Of a stretch of 64,000 nucleotides of DNA, positions 24,301 through 33,716 are shown one piece after another. The notes beneath the pieces were generated by a model. The model was not told the DNA's origin, did no database searches, and was given only the letters and a program-made list of their open reading frames with translations. Every line of letters starts with the position of its first letter. Within the stretch, counting starts at the first letter, position 1. The stretch lies in NCBI GenBank assembly GCA_963555755.3, contig OY820905.2:3840001-3904000 (forward strand), in the 5' to 3' direction. A program made the translations under genes and the position numbers. This DNA comes from Nitrospirales bacterium (GTDB taxonomy: Bacteria > Nitrospirota > Nitrospiria > Nitrospirales > UBA8639).

Positions 24301-24391
24301 GACGCTGAGCCTGGAAGGGCAGCGGCAGGAGCCGGTCGGCCCACAGCCAATCTACCAAGGCCTGCAATTCCAAGCCGCCTGGGGGTTCTGA
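18332..24391 (+). pseudogene. Giant repetitive surface adhesin-like protein with C-terminal beta-barrel; multiply frameshifted as given
   Basis: Signal peptide (..ALALLGLLAHPSPAAA). Ig-like repeat A ([18 protein letters not shown]) x6; cadherin-like repeat B ([20 protein letters not shown]) x3; putative-Ig/CADG-like repeat C (LPTWLGF..RTFSGTP) x3. Barrel ends in WGF. Confidence 0.75.
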
Positions 24392-24436
24392 GCGTTCCCC
24401 TCGCCCCGGCGGCTATAATGTCACCAATTCCTTAAG

Positions 24437-24966
24437 GAGAAGTGGCTTCGCATATTGAGACAGTCCGATAAGTGGTAGTCTTGCTCAACCCATGCCGTGG
24501 GGAACACGACCAATAAAGGAGCAAGTACATAAGAAGGACGAGAAGAAATCACGCAGCGGGCTTCAAGGCCAAGGTGGCGGTGGCGGCCATCAAGGGGGAC
24601 AAAACGCTGGCGGAGCTGGCTGAACATTTTGACGTACATCCGAATCAGATTTCGGAGTGGAAACAGCAATTACTGGAGTCTGTGGCCGAGGTGTTTGGCG
24701 GGACACGCCACGCCAAGGCAGAACCAGACTTGAGGGTCTTACACGCTAAGATCGGGCAACTGACACTGGAAAATGATTTTTTAGAAGGGGCGCTCACCAA
24801 GGCGGGATTGTTGAGCGCAAGACGATGATCGACCGAACCCACAAACTGCCCGTTGTTCGACAATGCCAAATCTTGGCGCTGTCTCATTCCACGGCCTACT
24901 ATCAGCCTCAGCCGGTTTCCGAAATGGACCTGGCGCTCATGCGCCGAATTGACACGTTACACCTGG
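24437..24966 (+). mobile_element. IS3-family remnant
   Basis: OrfA (RRTRRNHAAGFKAKVA...LHAKIGQLTLENDFL) with ATA in place of ATG; OrfB start (MIDRTHKLPVVRQCQILAL) truncated. Confidence 0.8.
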
Positions 24967-25405
24967 AATGGGGTCAGGAATGGGGTCAGGCATGAGTATG
25001 GAGTTTTATTGTGGCCCGTCCCTACCCTCCAGTGAAGAGCGTGTGCCAATGGAACACCGACAATTTGGTCAGGACCGGCACGCATCACCAATTGAGTGCG
25101 TTCACCAGGTACGCGTGGGAGCCATTCTCGGAAGGGGATGTGGAATAAGGTGGAACCGGATCATACAGAATATATGGTTCTAGCCTACCGCCATCCAATT
25201 CTGGCCACATGGAGTTTCTTGGCCATGGCGTTGCTTCCTGTGAGCGTTCTTGCTTGTGTCGCTGCACAATCTTATCGTGCCCTCTTCCCACGGACCAAGG
25301 GGCTATGACGCCAGGAAGAGGCAGCATGAGATGCTGCAGCGACCTAACAAGACGACGCAATTCGCTCAAAAGGAGAGGCGCCATAACCCACGAGGAGTGC
25401 CATAC

Positions 25406-25460
25406 ATTTATGTGCACCTGATCGTATTGTGCTGCCAGAACCCTACATTCTGCATGATCC
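25406..25460 (+). repeat. 55-bp inverted repeat, left arm
   Basis: 53/55 identical to the reverse complement of 27216-27270. Confidence 0.85.
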
Positions 25461-25541
25461 CAAAAACCTCACCTTAACAATCCCCCCTTATTTATCCAAC
25501 AGGTGCTGAAACGAAACAATTGGGGCAAATTCTTTCATGGT

Positions 25542-25622
25542 ACATAACGCCAGTCGTAACCGGCGCATTTGTAGTGAGCGCAGTGGGCGAAAAATGCGTC
25601 CGAGTTTACGGCCTTGTTAGAT
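25542..25622 (-). other. Integron attC recombination site
   Basis: Minus strand: R'' ATCTAAC-AAGGC-CGTAAAC...GTTACG-ACTGGC-GTTATGT R'. An 81-bp imperfect palindrome beginning 10 bp after the stop of ORF 25633-25938. Confidence 0.75.
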
Positions 25623-25632
25623 GCAGCCAGTT

Positions 25633-25938
25633 TTATAGAAACGATTGACCGCAGGATGGACACGATCTTGGATTTATTGATCGCCCAAGGGCTTCACCAC
25701 ATGAAGGACACCTCCAATTTTTGGAGGTTAGAAATATAACAGGGAGAATAAATAGGATGGAAAATACTATCGTTACAGCATATCCAATTGGTGTAGGGGT
25801 TAATCCCACATCCTCCTTAATTTGTATCCCTGACAAATTGACGAAGCTACAAAGAACCACAAACCATATTAGCCCGAAAATTGTGATCAGCCATTGTCTT
25901 TTCTTCCTTGTTTTGAACTCTTGTAAAAGGGGATTCAT
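25633..25938 (-). CDS. Gene-cassette membrane protein with C-terminal Zn ribbon
   Basis: Two TM helices followed by CPSC...CPSC; AT-rich; followed by attC. Confidence 0.7.
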   Translation of the reverse strand: MNPLLQEFKTRKKRQWLITIFGLIWFVVLCSFVNLSGIQIKEDVGLTPTPIGYAVTIVFSILFILPVIFLTSKNWRCPSCGEALGRSINPRSCPSCGQSFL

Positions 25939-26009
25939 CTTTCGATCACTTTTTCATTGTCTGTAACACTTCTCTTAGGGAACTGTTACAGGGTTTAATG
26001 AACAGTCCC

Positions 26010-26364
26010 AATCCTCGCTTCCTCCTGCTCTAAATCAATCGCTTCCCCGACTCGATCAAGAACCTCTCTTGCTTGACTGGAAGATAGCCCGGCTTCAAGG
26101 ATCAACTCCAATATCTTTTCAACTAAGACGTTCCCAAACCTGCTTTGGATGTTGCTTGGAATTCTCAGGAATGTCTTCCAATTCTAAAGGAGTCCTCGCT
26201 TTCGGATTCTTCTGCCGTCACTCACGTATAGCATCCAGAATATCCTGCTTCTTCATCACACCTTTCTTCTCCAACACTTCAATCAATGCGGCCACTTCCC
26301 ACATGTTGGAAATGGTGAGTTCTTCAAGGGTGACGATTTCTTTGGGGTCGAGGGGTTGAGCTAT
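26010..26364 (-). pseudogene. Decayed hypothetical gene
   Basis: Protein-like frame (A)QPLDPKEIVTLEELTISNMWEVAALIEVLEKKG.. with an ATA start and internal stops. Confidence 0.4.
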
Positions 26365-26404
26365 AATGGAGGAAGGATACTGTATTTAGGTGTGCTGGCA
26401 AAAG

Positions 26405-26435
26405 AAAAAGCCCCACCGCCGAAACGATGAGGCTC
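26405..26435 (-). terminator. Possible rho-independent terminator
   Basis: Minus strand AGAGCCTCATCG-TTTCGG-CGGTGGGGCTTTTT. Confidence 0.45.
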
Positions 26436-26583
26436 TCTGTTTGTGCAATGCTGTTATCGACTATTCGATTACGCTTGTGCTTTCCTCATTTGGCTCGCTT
26501 GCCTGAAGTCCTACGTGGAGAATTTCAACTAACTTTGGGCTTGACTCTTCGGTTTCTATTTCAGGACAGGAATAGAAAGCCTA

Positions 26584-26816
26584 TGAAGTGCGACCACTAT
26601 GTCGCACCGAGAAGGCCTTCATTATTGTTAGGTTATTTTAGGAATTCCTTGTAATTTTGTAAGATGGTGCGACCAACTTTCCGCAGTTTTTTTGGTATTG
26701 CGAATGCTAAATATGCAAAATTCAAAGGAATTTTTAATCATCATTTTGGCACAGACCTTACTTTATCTTGGTTTAGAAGATTTTTTTAACAATAAATTCC
26801 CTAGGGAGGTATTACC
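26584..26816 (+). promoter_or_regulatory. Sigma54-type enhancer/promoter, homologue of the flp promoter
   Basis: Palindrome GTGCGAC-N6-GTCGCAC (26588-26607); second half-conserved site at ~26667; TGGCACAGACCTTAC (26747-26761). Collinear with 48376-48610. Confidence 0.7.
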
Positions 26817-27083
26817 ATGTCGTTTTCCATCATCAACCCAGAGAATCAGCCCGTCGTCGTCGTCGTGGTCTTCGTGCTCGCGTTACTGGCTCTAGGCCTC
26901 ACCGTCCACAACAACCAGCAAATCGAGCGGGTGGCTGCATTCTATGGTGTTGCCTCGGTTAAAACCTTCGAGACATTGCAAGATCAGGTTGGTGATACGT
27001 CGGCCAATTTCGCGACGCTCGAAGCACGGGTCGCCAGGCTGGAAAGTCAAGGCGTGACTGCGCCTGAAGTCGGAGTCAATTAA
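26817..27083 (+). CDS. Orphan single-TM, coiled-coil small protein
   Basis: GGGAGGT RBS; hydrophobic N-terminal stretch, then heptad-like FATLEARVARLE. Confidence 0.7.
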   Translation: MSFSIINPENQPVVVVVVFVLALLALGLTVHNNQQIERVAAFYGVASVKTFETLQDQVGDTSANFATLEARVARLESQGVTAPEVGVN

Positions 27084-27215
27084 ACCCCTTAACCGGGGTC
27101 CATAGCGGTTCTGACCCACGACATTTTTCTAGTGAAGGAGGGGGTCGAGAAGAATGGGCTTCTACCCGAAAGAAAGATAATCATGGGGTAACCCGACTCA
27201 TTCACCATTCTCTTT

Positions 27216-27270
27216 GGATCATGCAGAATTTAGGGTTCTGGCAGCACAATACGATCAGGTGCAAATAAAT
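27216..27270 (-). repeat. 55-bp inverted repeat, right arm
   Basis: Partner of 25406-25460; its outer 8 bp are the IS1 target duplication. Confidence 0.85.
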
Positions 27271-27279
27271 TTGGCATTG

Positions 27280-27977
27280 TTAATTTAAGATATATCCCAG
27301 TTCGCCGTTCCATTTAGCCATCAAGAGCATGACGGAATGCCTCAGCATGGCTTCGCTTTTGCTGTAGCATTTCGTTTTCCGCCGGAAGCGGGCCAGAAAG
27401 TGGCGGAATAAGCTAGTGTAGCCTTCGACCGTGAAGGTTTCCGCTTTCGACTGACGGTGTTTCTCCGGGGGCACAAAGTGCTCATACGGTTCCCAATAGT
27501 CCGTCATGACTTGGGTAATCAGCGGACTTTTAATCGCGGCCCACAATTGCTTCCCAGTCACGATCCCTCGGGTGCCAGTGACAGCATGGAGAAAGCGTTT
27601 CCCAAGTCGATCAACAGCAAGCCAGACCCAGCAATAGTTTTTTTATGCCTCACGTAGCTATGCAGTTCATCGAGTTCGACGATCTGAGCGGCTGGCCGCT
27701 TGATCTGCTCCAGGTTTTCCCCGAAAGTTTTCACCCATTGATAGACCGCCACATGACTAAACCCCAAGATTCGACCAATGGATCGAAAGCCCAAACCTTC
27801 CAAGTACAGGGTCAACGCCAAGCGGCGCTGGGCTGGAGTCGCCGTATCGGATTTATGGGAAACGGTAAAAAAGTACTGACACGCTTTACACTTGTAGCGT
27901 TGGCGTCCTTTGTTGCATCCAGCTTTGACTTTGTCCGCACTGGCACACCGAGGGCAATTCAGCATCTTCGCCTCCAT
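27280..27977 (-). CDS. IS1-family transposase (InsA/InsB, -1 programmed frameshift)
   Basis: CPRC..CKAC Zn finger, HTH and ELDELHSYV; A7C slippery site at ~27637-27644; then TDYW..EGY..RHFLARF. Confidence 0.85.
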
Positions 27978-28018
27978 GATAAAAGTTAGGAGGCGAGTTT
28001 AGTGTATATATCTTAATT

Positions 28019-29405
28019 GGGTCTACGCGGAAACGTGTGGGGTGATATTGGCATTTCGGGGTAGTGCTGGAAGAAATGCGGCAATGATTTTCAGCTTGAG
28101 ATATTCCTCATCCCGATAGCCATAGGCCCGCCGTTGGAGCACCCGGATTTTGGTATTGATCCCTTCGCCCAATCCAAGACTGACTTTGTGCTCTGGGCGA
28201 CAATAGGACACAATGCCCTCCCAGTGGGAGTCAATCAACGCCGCAAACTTTCGATACGGCTCCAAGCGTTGCCACCTCAGACTGTCCTGCTAGCGTTCGA
28301 AAAAGATCCGGGCACCCCGTTCGGTGCGGTAGTCCCAACGCTGGCCGAAGGTTTCCTTGAGGAGGTAGGCCGTATTCAGCCGCCGGTTAGCCTGCAGCAG
28401 TTTTTTCAACGCCCGCCTGCCATTCAGACTGAGGTTCTCGCGTCGTGAGAGTAAGGTATACCGCTGGCCCTTGATGTACCGCCTGTCTTGCCCACTGAGG
28501 CGCGCGTACTCCGAGCGCCGGACGGCATCGAGCGCCTGGGAGAGATGGCGCAGAATATGAAACTTGTCAAAAATGATGTGGGCCGTCGGGGCGTTGGTCA
28601 TGACCGAGTTCCGGAATGGCTTCCACATGTCCATTACCGCCAGTTCGATCCGGGCACTCTTGTTCGCGCCCAAGGCCTGGAAAAACAGATCGATGTCCGC
28701 TTCCTTGCGCCCTGCCCCACCCACCCAGATGGGCCGCGCCCGCTCCAGGTCACTGACGATCACCCGGTCATGATGGCCTTTGCGAATCGAAAGCTCGTCA
28801 ATGCCGATGGCTCGAGGCGCGGGCTGTCCCGTCAGGGCACCCTGCTTGTGCATGTAGAGTGTATCCAGATCTTTCACCGTGCTGTGGTGCAGCCGTTCGA
28901 GCTCGGCCACGGTTTTGTTCGGCATACTCTGGCACAGCCTGCCCACCTGTAGGGCAAAACGTTGCGTCTAGCGAGGATTCGTGGCCAGCCAGGCTAGGTG
29001 TTCTACATGCACCCCGTCACACCTTGGACAACGGACCCGCCAGCGTTCGAATTCCAGGTACAGGCGCCAGCCCGCAACCGAGAGGTCTCGGACTCGCAGG
29101 ACCTTCTTGTCGTACCGCCCTTGGCCCCGGGCCCCATAGTGCGAACAGATACCTGTTTTTTTCGCCGCTGGAGGTGGATCACCCGGGCATGCCGATCCCC
29201 AGATCCCCCCCCCTCAATTTCGATGAGGCGGTGAACCCAGGGAAGGAAAATAACTCGCGAATCGATTTGGGATTTTTCATGGCGTGAGTTTACCCGTAAA
29301 GTGAACCAATTTTCACCCCCCACCGAATCTCTCAATACCTACATGAATGCTATGGTTTTCACTTTGTGGAACGCAGGATTCCGCCACACGTTTCCGCGTA
29401 GACCC
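28019..29405 (-). mobile_element. ISL3-family element with inactivated transposase
   Basis: TIR GGGTCTACGCGGAAACGTGTGG; perfect 8-bp TSD TCTTAATT; IGIDE, MDMW, FDKFH and EGINTKI motifs; in-frame stops at ~28968 and 28290. Confidence 0.9.
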
Positions 29406-29562
29406 TCTTAATTTAACAATGCCAAAAATAAATACCGTGTTTGGTTGTTGTTTACACAAGAGTCAGTTGGTTGTTACCTTATCTTCTCTTGAGGAGACTC
29501 AATCCGCAATGCGCTAAAGTGAGTAGTGGAATATATGGAAACATAAATGCTATCATACCCCC

Positions 29563-29808
29563 ATGAAAAACCTAAGGAGTTACCGTGAAAAGTTGGGCTT
29601 CTCAGTCCGTGGCTTAGCAGGAGAAGCAGGGATTCACTATGTCTCGTTAGTGAGGTTAGAAAATGGGAAGTTTGATCCCCGTCTGTCTACACTACGGAAG
29701 CTCGCCAAAGCATTGGGGGTCACTGCGTGTGACCTAATTGATGATCAACCACCAACCAAAAGGAGGTCCCATGGGACTGACAAAACGAAAAGACGGTTGG
29801 TACGTTAA
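29563..29808 (+). CDS. XRE-family HTH regulator
   Basis: LRSYREKLGFSVRGLA..LVRLENGKFDPRLSTLRKLAKALG. Confidence 0.85.
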   Translation: MKNLRSYREKLGFSVRGLAGEAGIHYVSLVRLENGKFDPRLSTLRKLAKALGVTACDLIDDQPPTKRRSHGTDKTKRRLVR

Positions 29809-30902
29809 GTTTCCCGTCTTGGATTGATGGGAAGGTCTTAACATTGGCCAGAGGCACACCTGGATCGAAAATTAAACGGTGGAAAGTGAGGGCGAACAAC
29901 AAAACGGTCGCCAAACACAAGAGGCTATAATGAAGACGGATTTGATGAAAGGGGTGATAAAAAGTGATCGGGCATCGGGACCAGTTTCATTCAAAGCTTT
30001 GGCCGATGCGTATTTGTCACTTCCATCTATCAAAAAGCAACTTCATATGATAACAAAGTGACGGTAGGAAAGAACCATTGCCTTCCGTGTTTTGGTGGGA
30101 AACGGGTAACGATGATCACGCCCACCATGATTGAAATCTATCGGGAAAAGCGATGGGAAAAAGGGACTTGGTTTGGTACAACCCCCAAACCGGCAACGCT
30201 GAATAGAGAAAGATCCTTGCTCAAACACATGTTCGGTTATGCGATTCGGGAAGGATGGCTTCAGAAGAATCCGGTGAGTTACGTCAAACTAGAGAAGGAA
30301 AACAATGTGCGCGTGATCGGGTAGTAGACCCAGAGGAGTTTGAACGACTTCAAGCCCACTCAGCGCCACATCTTCAGGCCATTCACCTCATGGCGTATCA
30401 ACCCGGCATGCGGTCGGGAGAGCTTTTGGGTTTGACGTGGGACAGAGTGGGCATGAAAGCTGGATTGATTTGCTTGAGGCCGGAAGATACCAAAACCGAG
30501 GACGCGCGACTCGTTCCCCTGACGGCAGAGTTGACGCATCTTCTCAGGGACTTGTATAAATTGCGCTACCTTCTTAATGAAGATCATGTTTTCCTTTTGA
30601 AGGGACAGTGGGTGAATTCCATCAAGACAGCATTGAAAGCGGCATGCCGGCGGGCTAACGTAGAGAGTTTCCGGTTTCATGATTTTCGGCATGCGGCGGT
30701 CACGAACATGCGTCGAGCGAGGATTGATCATTTAACGATTATGCGAATCACTGGACACAAGACATTGGAAGTGTTTAAACGAAACAATAGCTTCCTGGAG
30801 GGTGATTTGAGGGAAGCAGCTTCCTGTTTTAACACCTATTTAACACTAGCCCATTCCAGCCAAAAGACCGACACGCCTAAGTCGTTGATAAATCAAGTAT
30901 AG
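29771..30902 (+). pseudogene. Tyrosine recombinase (phage-type integrase) pseudogene
   Basis: Split over several frames; MRSGELLGL, FHDFRH and ITGHKT present; expected catalytic Tyr reads Asn (VFKRNN). Confidence 0.85.
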
Positions 30903-30977
30903 CGCCCGTAGCTCAATGGATAGAGCACTTGACTACGGATCAAGAGGTTACAGGTTCGACTCCTGTCGGGCGCGCCA
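30902..30977 (+). tRNA. tRNA-Arg (ACG)
   Basis: Acceptor stem GCGCCCG/CGGGCGC; anticodon arm CTTGA-CTACGGA-TCAAG; T loop GTTCGAC; encoded CCA. Confidence 0.97.
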
Positions 30978-31074
30978 TATGCCATTTTTAGAACCTTTTC
31001 GAACTTACACTAGGAGGTTGCCTCAACATTCCACCATCTTCCAACCATGACCTTCGTCGCCTAATTCTTCTTTA

Positions 31075-31215
31075 GGGCACCTCTAAAAACCGTCCTTTTC
31101 CGTGATGGCGGCGTCAGCCGCGTGCTCAAATCCTCATGTATTCGCCCATACACTCCGGTTTTCCGCGCGCAGCTTCCTTGCCCTCACAAAAAATGCCGGG
31201 TTTTTAGAGGTGCCC
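31075..31215 (-). mobile_element. MITE family B, copy 2
   Basis: 141 bp; same TIR; TSD TTTA/TTTA. Confidence 0.88.
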
Positions 31216-31482
31216 TTTACTCTTTTCCCCAATACTGCCCGTTGCTCAATTTCTTGCCCTGCTGGTCTTCGGTGTATTCCCTGTCGGAAATTTTTCCACC
31301 TACCACAGGTCCTCCTTCAGCAGTCTTCCTGCCCGTTGTTGATCGATTCAGAGTGATGTTTCGTGTTTGCCCGTTACCCCTGTTGGATTTTTTTACATAA
31401 ACGGAAAATTGGGCAAGGGTTTAAATCGCCAGGAATAATAAAATTTCATTTCAAATCAGAAGGTTAGGACTTAGCAATTTTT

Positions 31483-31497
31483 TGGCACGGTAGTTGT
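31483..31497 (+). promoter_or_regulatory. Probable sigma54 -24/-12 promoter
   Basis: TGGCACGGTAGTTGT with an IHF-like AATCAGAAGGTTA at 31454-31466. Confidence 0.55.
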
Positions 31498-31552
31498 AAA
31501 GGATACAGGTGACAGCGAACAAAAGTTGGTTACCTAAACCCGGGAGGATGCC

Positions 31553-31798
31553 ATGCTGAAACTATTTTGGGGAATGATTATTGGATCGGTGATAACAATC
31601 TATGCGGCGGGTGGCCCGCCTGTTGCCGACCTTATTATCCACAACGTGCTGACTCTGGCCCAAGATTCTGCGAGTAATCCCCAATCGTTGATGGTGTGGA
31701 TGAGTGTCTGGGGCGCGACGGTCTTCTCCATGGCATGGATGAAAAGACGACAGCAACGCCCAACAAAGACTTCTCAGTACGCATTTTTGCTGAGATAA
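31553..31798 (+). CDS. Small membrane protein
   Basis: GGAGG RBS; two hydrophobic segments. Confidence 0.6.
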   Translation: MLKLFWGMIIGSVITIYAAGGPPVADLIIHNVLTLAQDSASNPQSLMVWMSVWGATVFSMAWMKRRQQRPTKTSQYAFLLR

Positions 31799-31861
31799 CA
31801 CATTGAAGAAATGGATCCCCCTCGATAGAGGAATTTACTTTTGTCCTCGTGAACGTTTACG

Positions 31862-32311
31862 GTGGACCACGGTGGAATGATCCTTGGAGAGAGAAACGTG
31901 TTGAGCGAGAATCGAACACACACGAGAGGGTATGGCCTCAATCAATGGCCCGTATTAGGGGTCATAGTGTTGGTGTGTGTGTGGTTCGGAATGAGCCCGC
32001 CGGGGGCTCATAGTCGTGTGCCTCCGTCATCCCATAGTTTGATGACCCAGGAAGACCGGCTCTCATCGCCAGAACCGAATCGATCATGGTCGGCGTTTCG
32101 GAGCGATGACGCGAAAAATGTGTGTGTAACCGTGGTGAATGATGGTGCGAGTGAGGTATTTGTCCATTTATTTCGGAACCGGTCATTAGCTGGGGCCTTT
32201 ACTGTTCTTCCTCAACGGGTATCGGCGATATGTACGGAAGTGACCGTGATCGAATTAGAGTGCGGGAGTGGATCCTGCCAACCACAGTGGTACATTTCGG
32301 ACTCCAATTAA
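31862..32311 (+). CDS. Secreted/membrane-anchored hypothetical protein with Cys-containing beta domain
   Basis: Hydrophobic segment followed by a beta-rich region with 4 Cys; start uncertain. Confidence 0.5.
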   Translation: MDHGGMILGERNVLSENRTHTRGYGLNQWPVLGVIVLVCVWFGMSPPGAHSRVPPSSHSLMTQEDRLSSPEPNRSWSAFRSDDAKNVCVTVVNDGASEVFVHLFRNRSLAGAFTVLPQRVSAICTEVTVIELECGSGSCQPQWYISDSN

Positions 32312-32380
32312 TTGTTCCATTGGATGTATCTTTCCCCTTTTACCTGCCTTCTCAGTCGCTTGATCAAATTTCCTTCCTAA

Positions 32381-32538
32381 GGGTTCGCGGAAAAATAACT
32401 TCCCATGTTTGGGCGTCGAGCCATCCCGTCTGGCGGTGTTGCTCGTCCTTTTCATACCGAGGAATATGCACAGTCCTCGCGCCTTGCCAGATAGGTATCT
32501 CAGCACCCAAACAGGGGAAGTTATTTTTGCGCGAACCC
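32381..32538 (+). mobile_element. MITE family D, copy 1
   Basis: TIR GGGTTCGCG.AAAAATAACTTCCC; flanked by TAA/TAA. Confidence 0.8.
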
Positions 32539-32690
32539 TAAGAAATAACCCAGCCGGTTGGTCTCTGGAATGCTGATCTGGGGAATTCGTTCGGGTGAGC
32601 CTTGGTGATTCCTGAAGTATTTATGGTATTCTTCGCTTTGTGGTGCGTGAGCCCCTTTGTCAAAACGCCCATGGTTGCAGGAGGTACGAG

Positions 32691-32850
32691 GAGCCTGTCC
32701 AAGATTAGACAGATCTACTGGGGATGCGCTGGGTTTGGCCAGATTTTCCGATCCTTTTCGTTGAATAGTCCCACTATTCGCCCCAAACGATCGAAACATC
32801 TGACTCAAGCAAGCACCCCCTTGTCATGATCGCTAATCCTGGACGGGCTC
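32691..32850 (+). mobile_element. MITE family C, copy 1
   Basis: 160 bp; TIR GAGCCTGTCC..GATTAG; homologous to 56101-56260. Confidence 0.82.
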
Positions 32851-32891
32851 CTAGGGATGATTTCGAAGGAGTCTCTGGACGAGGTCGTTTG

Positions 32892-33650
32892 ATGATAAGA
32901 ACGGTCAAGGTAAATGAGGGAGTGGGAGTGAGGTGGGTTTTGCCTGTCTTCCTGGTCGTGGGGCTGTTGACCGGATGCGAATCAACCGACCTGATCGTCA
33001 GTAGTTCGACTTCCGAAGAGGCAGATTCTGAGACAATCATTCCTCCCATTGTTGCGGAGGAAGAAGTCTTCGAACCGATGGTCGAGGAACTTGAGGTCGG
33101 CTCCACAGTAGCTGAACCTGTTGAACAAGCAGTCGAATCGGAAGAGGACATACCTCAAGAGTCGATAGAACCTGTCTTGGAAGAGCTTGCACCTGAAATG
33201 GCTCAGGCTGCTCCCGCTCAACCGTCTGTCCCTCAAGCGCGGCCGTCATCGCCAACTCCCCAAGTTCCTGCCTTTCTTGGACCTCAACAAGCTGCTCTCG
33301 TGGAACCTGTTCGACCGAAAACGCTGCAGGATATCTTTTTTGCTTTTGATCAGGCGACGATCCTGAGTCCAGCCAAGCCCATCCTAGAAGCGAATGCCAC
33401 GCTCCTCCAAACCCGATACAAACATCTGACTGTACTTCTTGAGGGCCATTGTGATGAGCGAGGATCAGTAGAATATAATCTGGTTCTGGGGGTGAGGCGG
33501 GCTCAGGTTGTGAAAGCGTATCTGGTTGATTTAGGCATTTCCCAACTACGGATTCGTATCGTGAGTTACGGGAAAGAACGTCCGGTGTGTTCGCAGCAAC
33601 ATGAGCGATGTTGGCAGAAAAATCGCCGTACGCATTTTCTTCTTCAATAG
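32892..33650 (+). CDS. OmpA/Pal-family peptidoglycan-binding lipoprotein
   Basis: Lipobox LTGC; acidic/Pro-rich linker; IFFAFD, EGHCDERGSVEYNLVLGVRRA, SYGKERP and NRR. Confidence 0.88.
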   Translation: MIRTVKVNEGVGVRWVLPVFLVVGLLTGCESTDLIVSSSTSEEADSETIIPPIVAEEEVFEPMVEELEVGSTVAEPVEQAVESEEDIPQESIEPVLEELAPEMAQAAPAQPSVPQARPSSPTPQVPAFLGPQQAALVEPVRPKTLQDIFFAFDQATILSPAKPILEANATLLQTRYKHLTVLLEGHCDERGSVEYNLVLGVRRAQVVKAYLVDLGISQLRIRIVSYGKERPVCSQQHERCWQKNRRTHFLLQ

Positions 33651-33716
33651 CATTATTCCTGCTACCGTGCCTTTTCAATTATTGCTGGTGGGTTCTTTGA
33701 CAAAGGGTGGATCAGA

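Larger units (their letters stand above)
27271..29425 (-). mobile_element. IS1-family element with ISL3 nested in one TIR
   Basis: TIR TTGGCATTGTTAA[T/A]TTAAGA; 8-bp TSD AAATAAAT (27263-27270 / 29426-29433). Confidence 0.85.

Noticed and set aside
24965..24990. GGAATGGGGTCA tandem dimer as a REP/RAYT signature
   Set aside because: Only two units and no RAYT-like gene nearby.
25342..25390. Second attC-like half (ACCTAACAAGACGACGCAA)
   Set aside because: No matching GTTRRRY arm in the right orientation; at most a remnant.
25395..25418. dif-like site (GGTGCACATAAATGTAT on the minus strand)
   Set aside because: Resembles a XerC arm only; no XerD arm.
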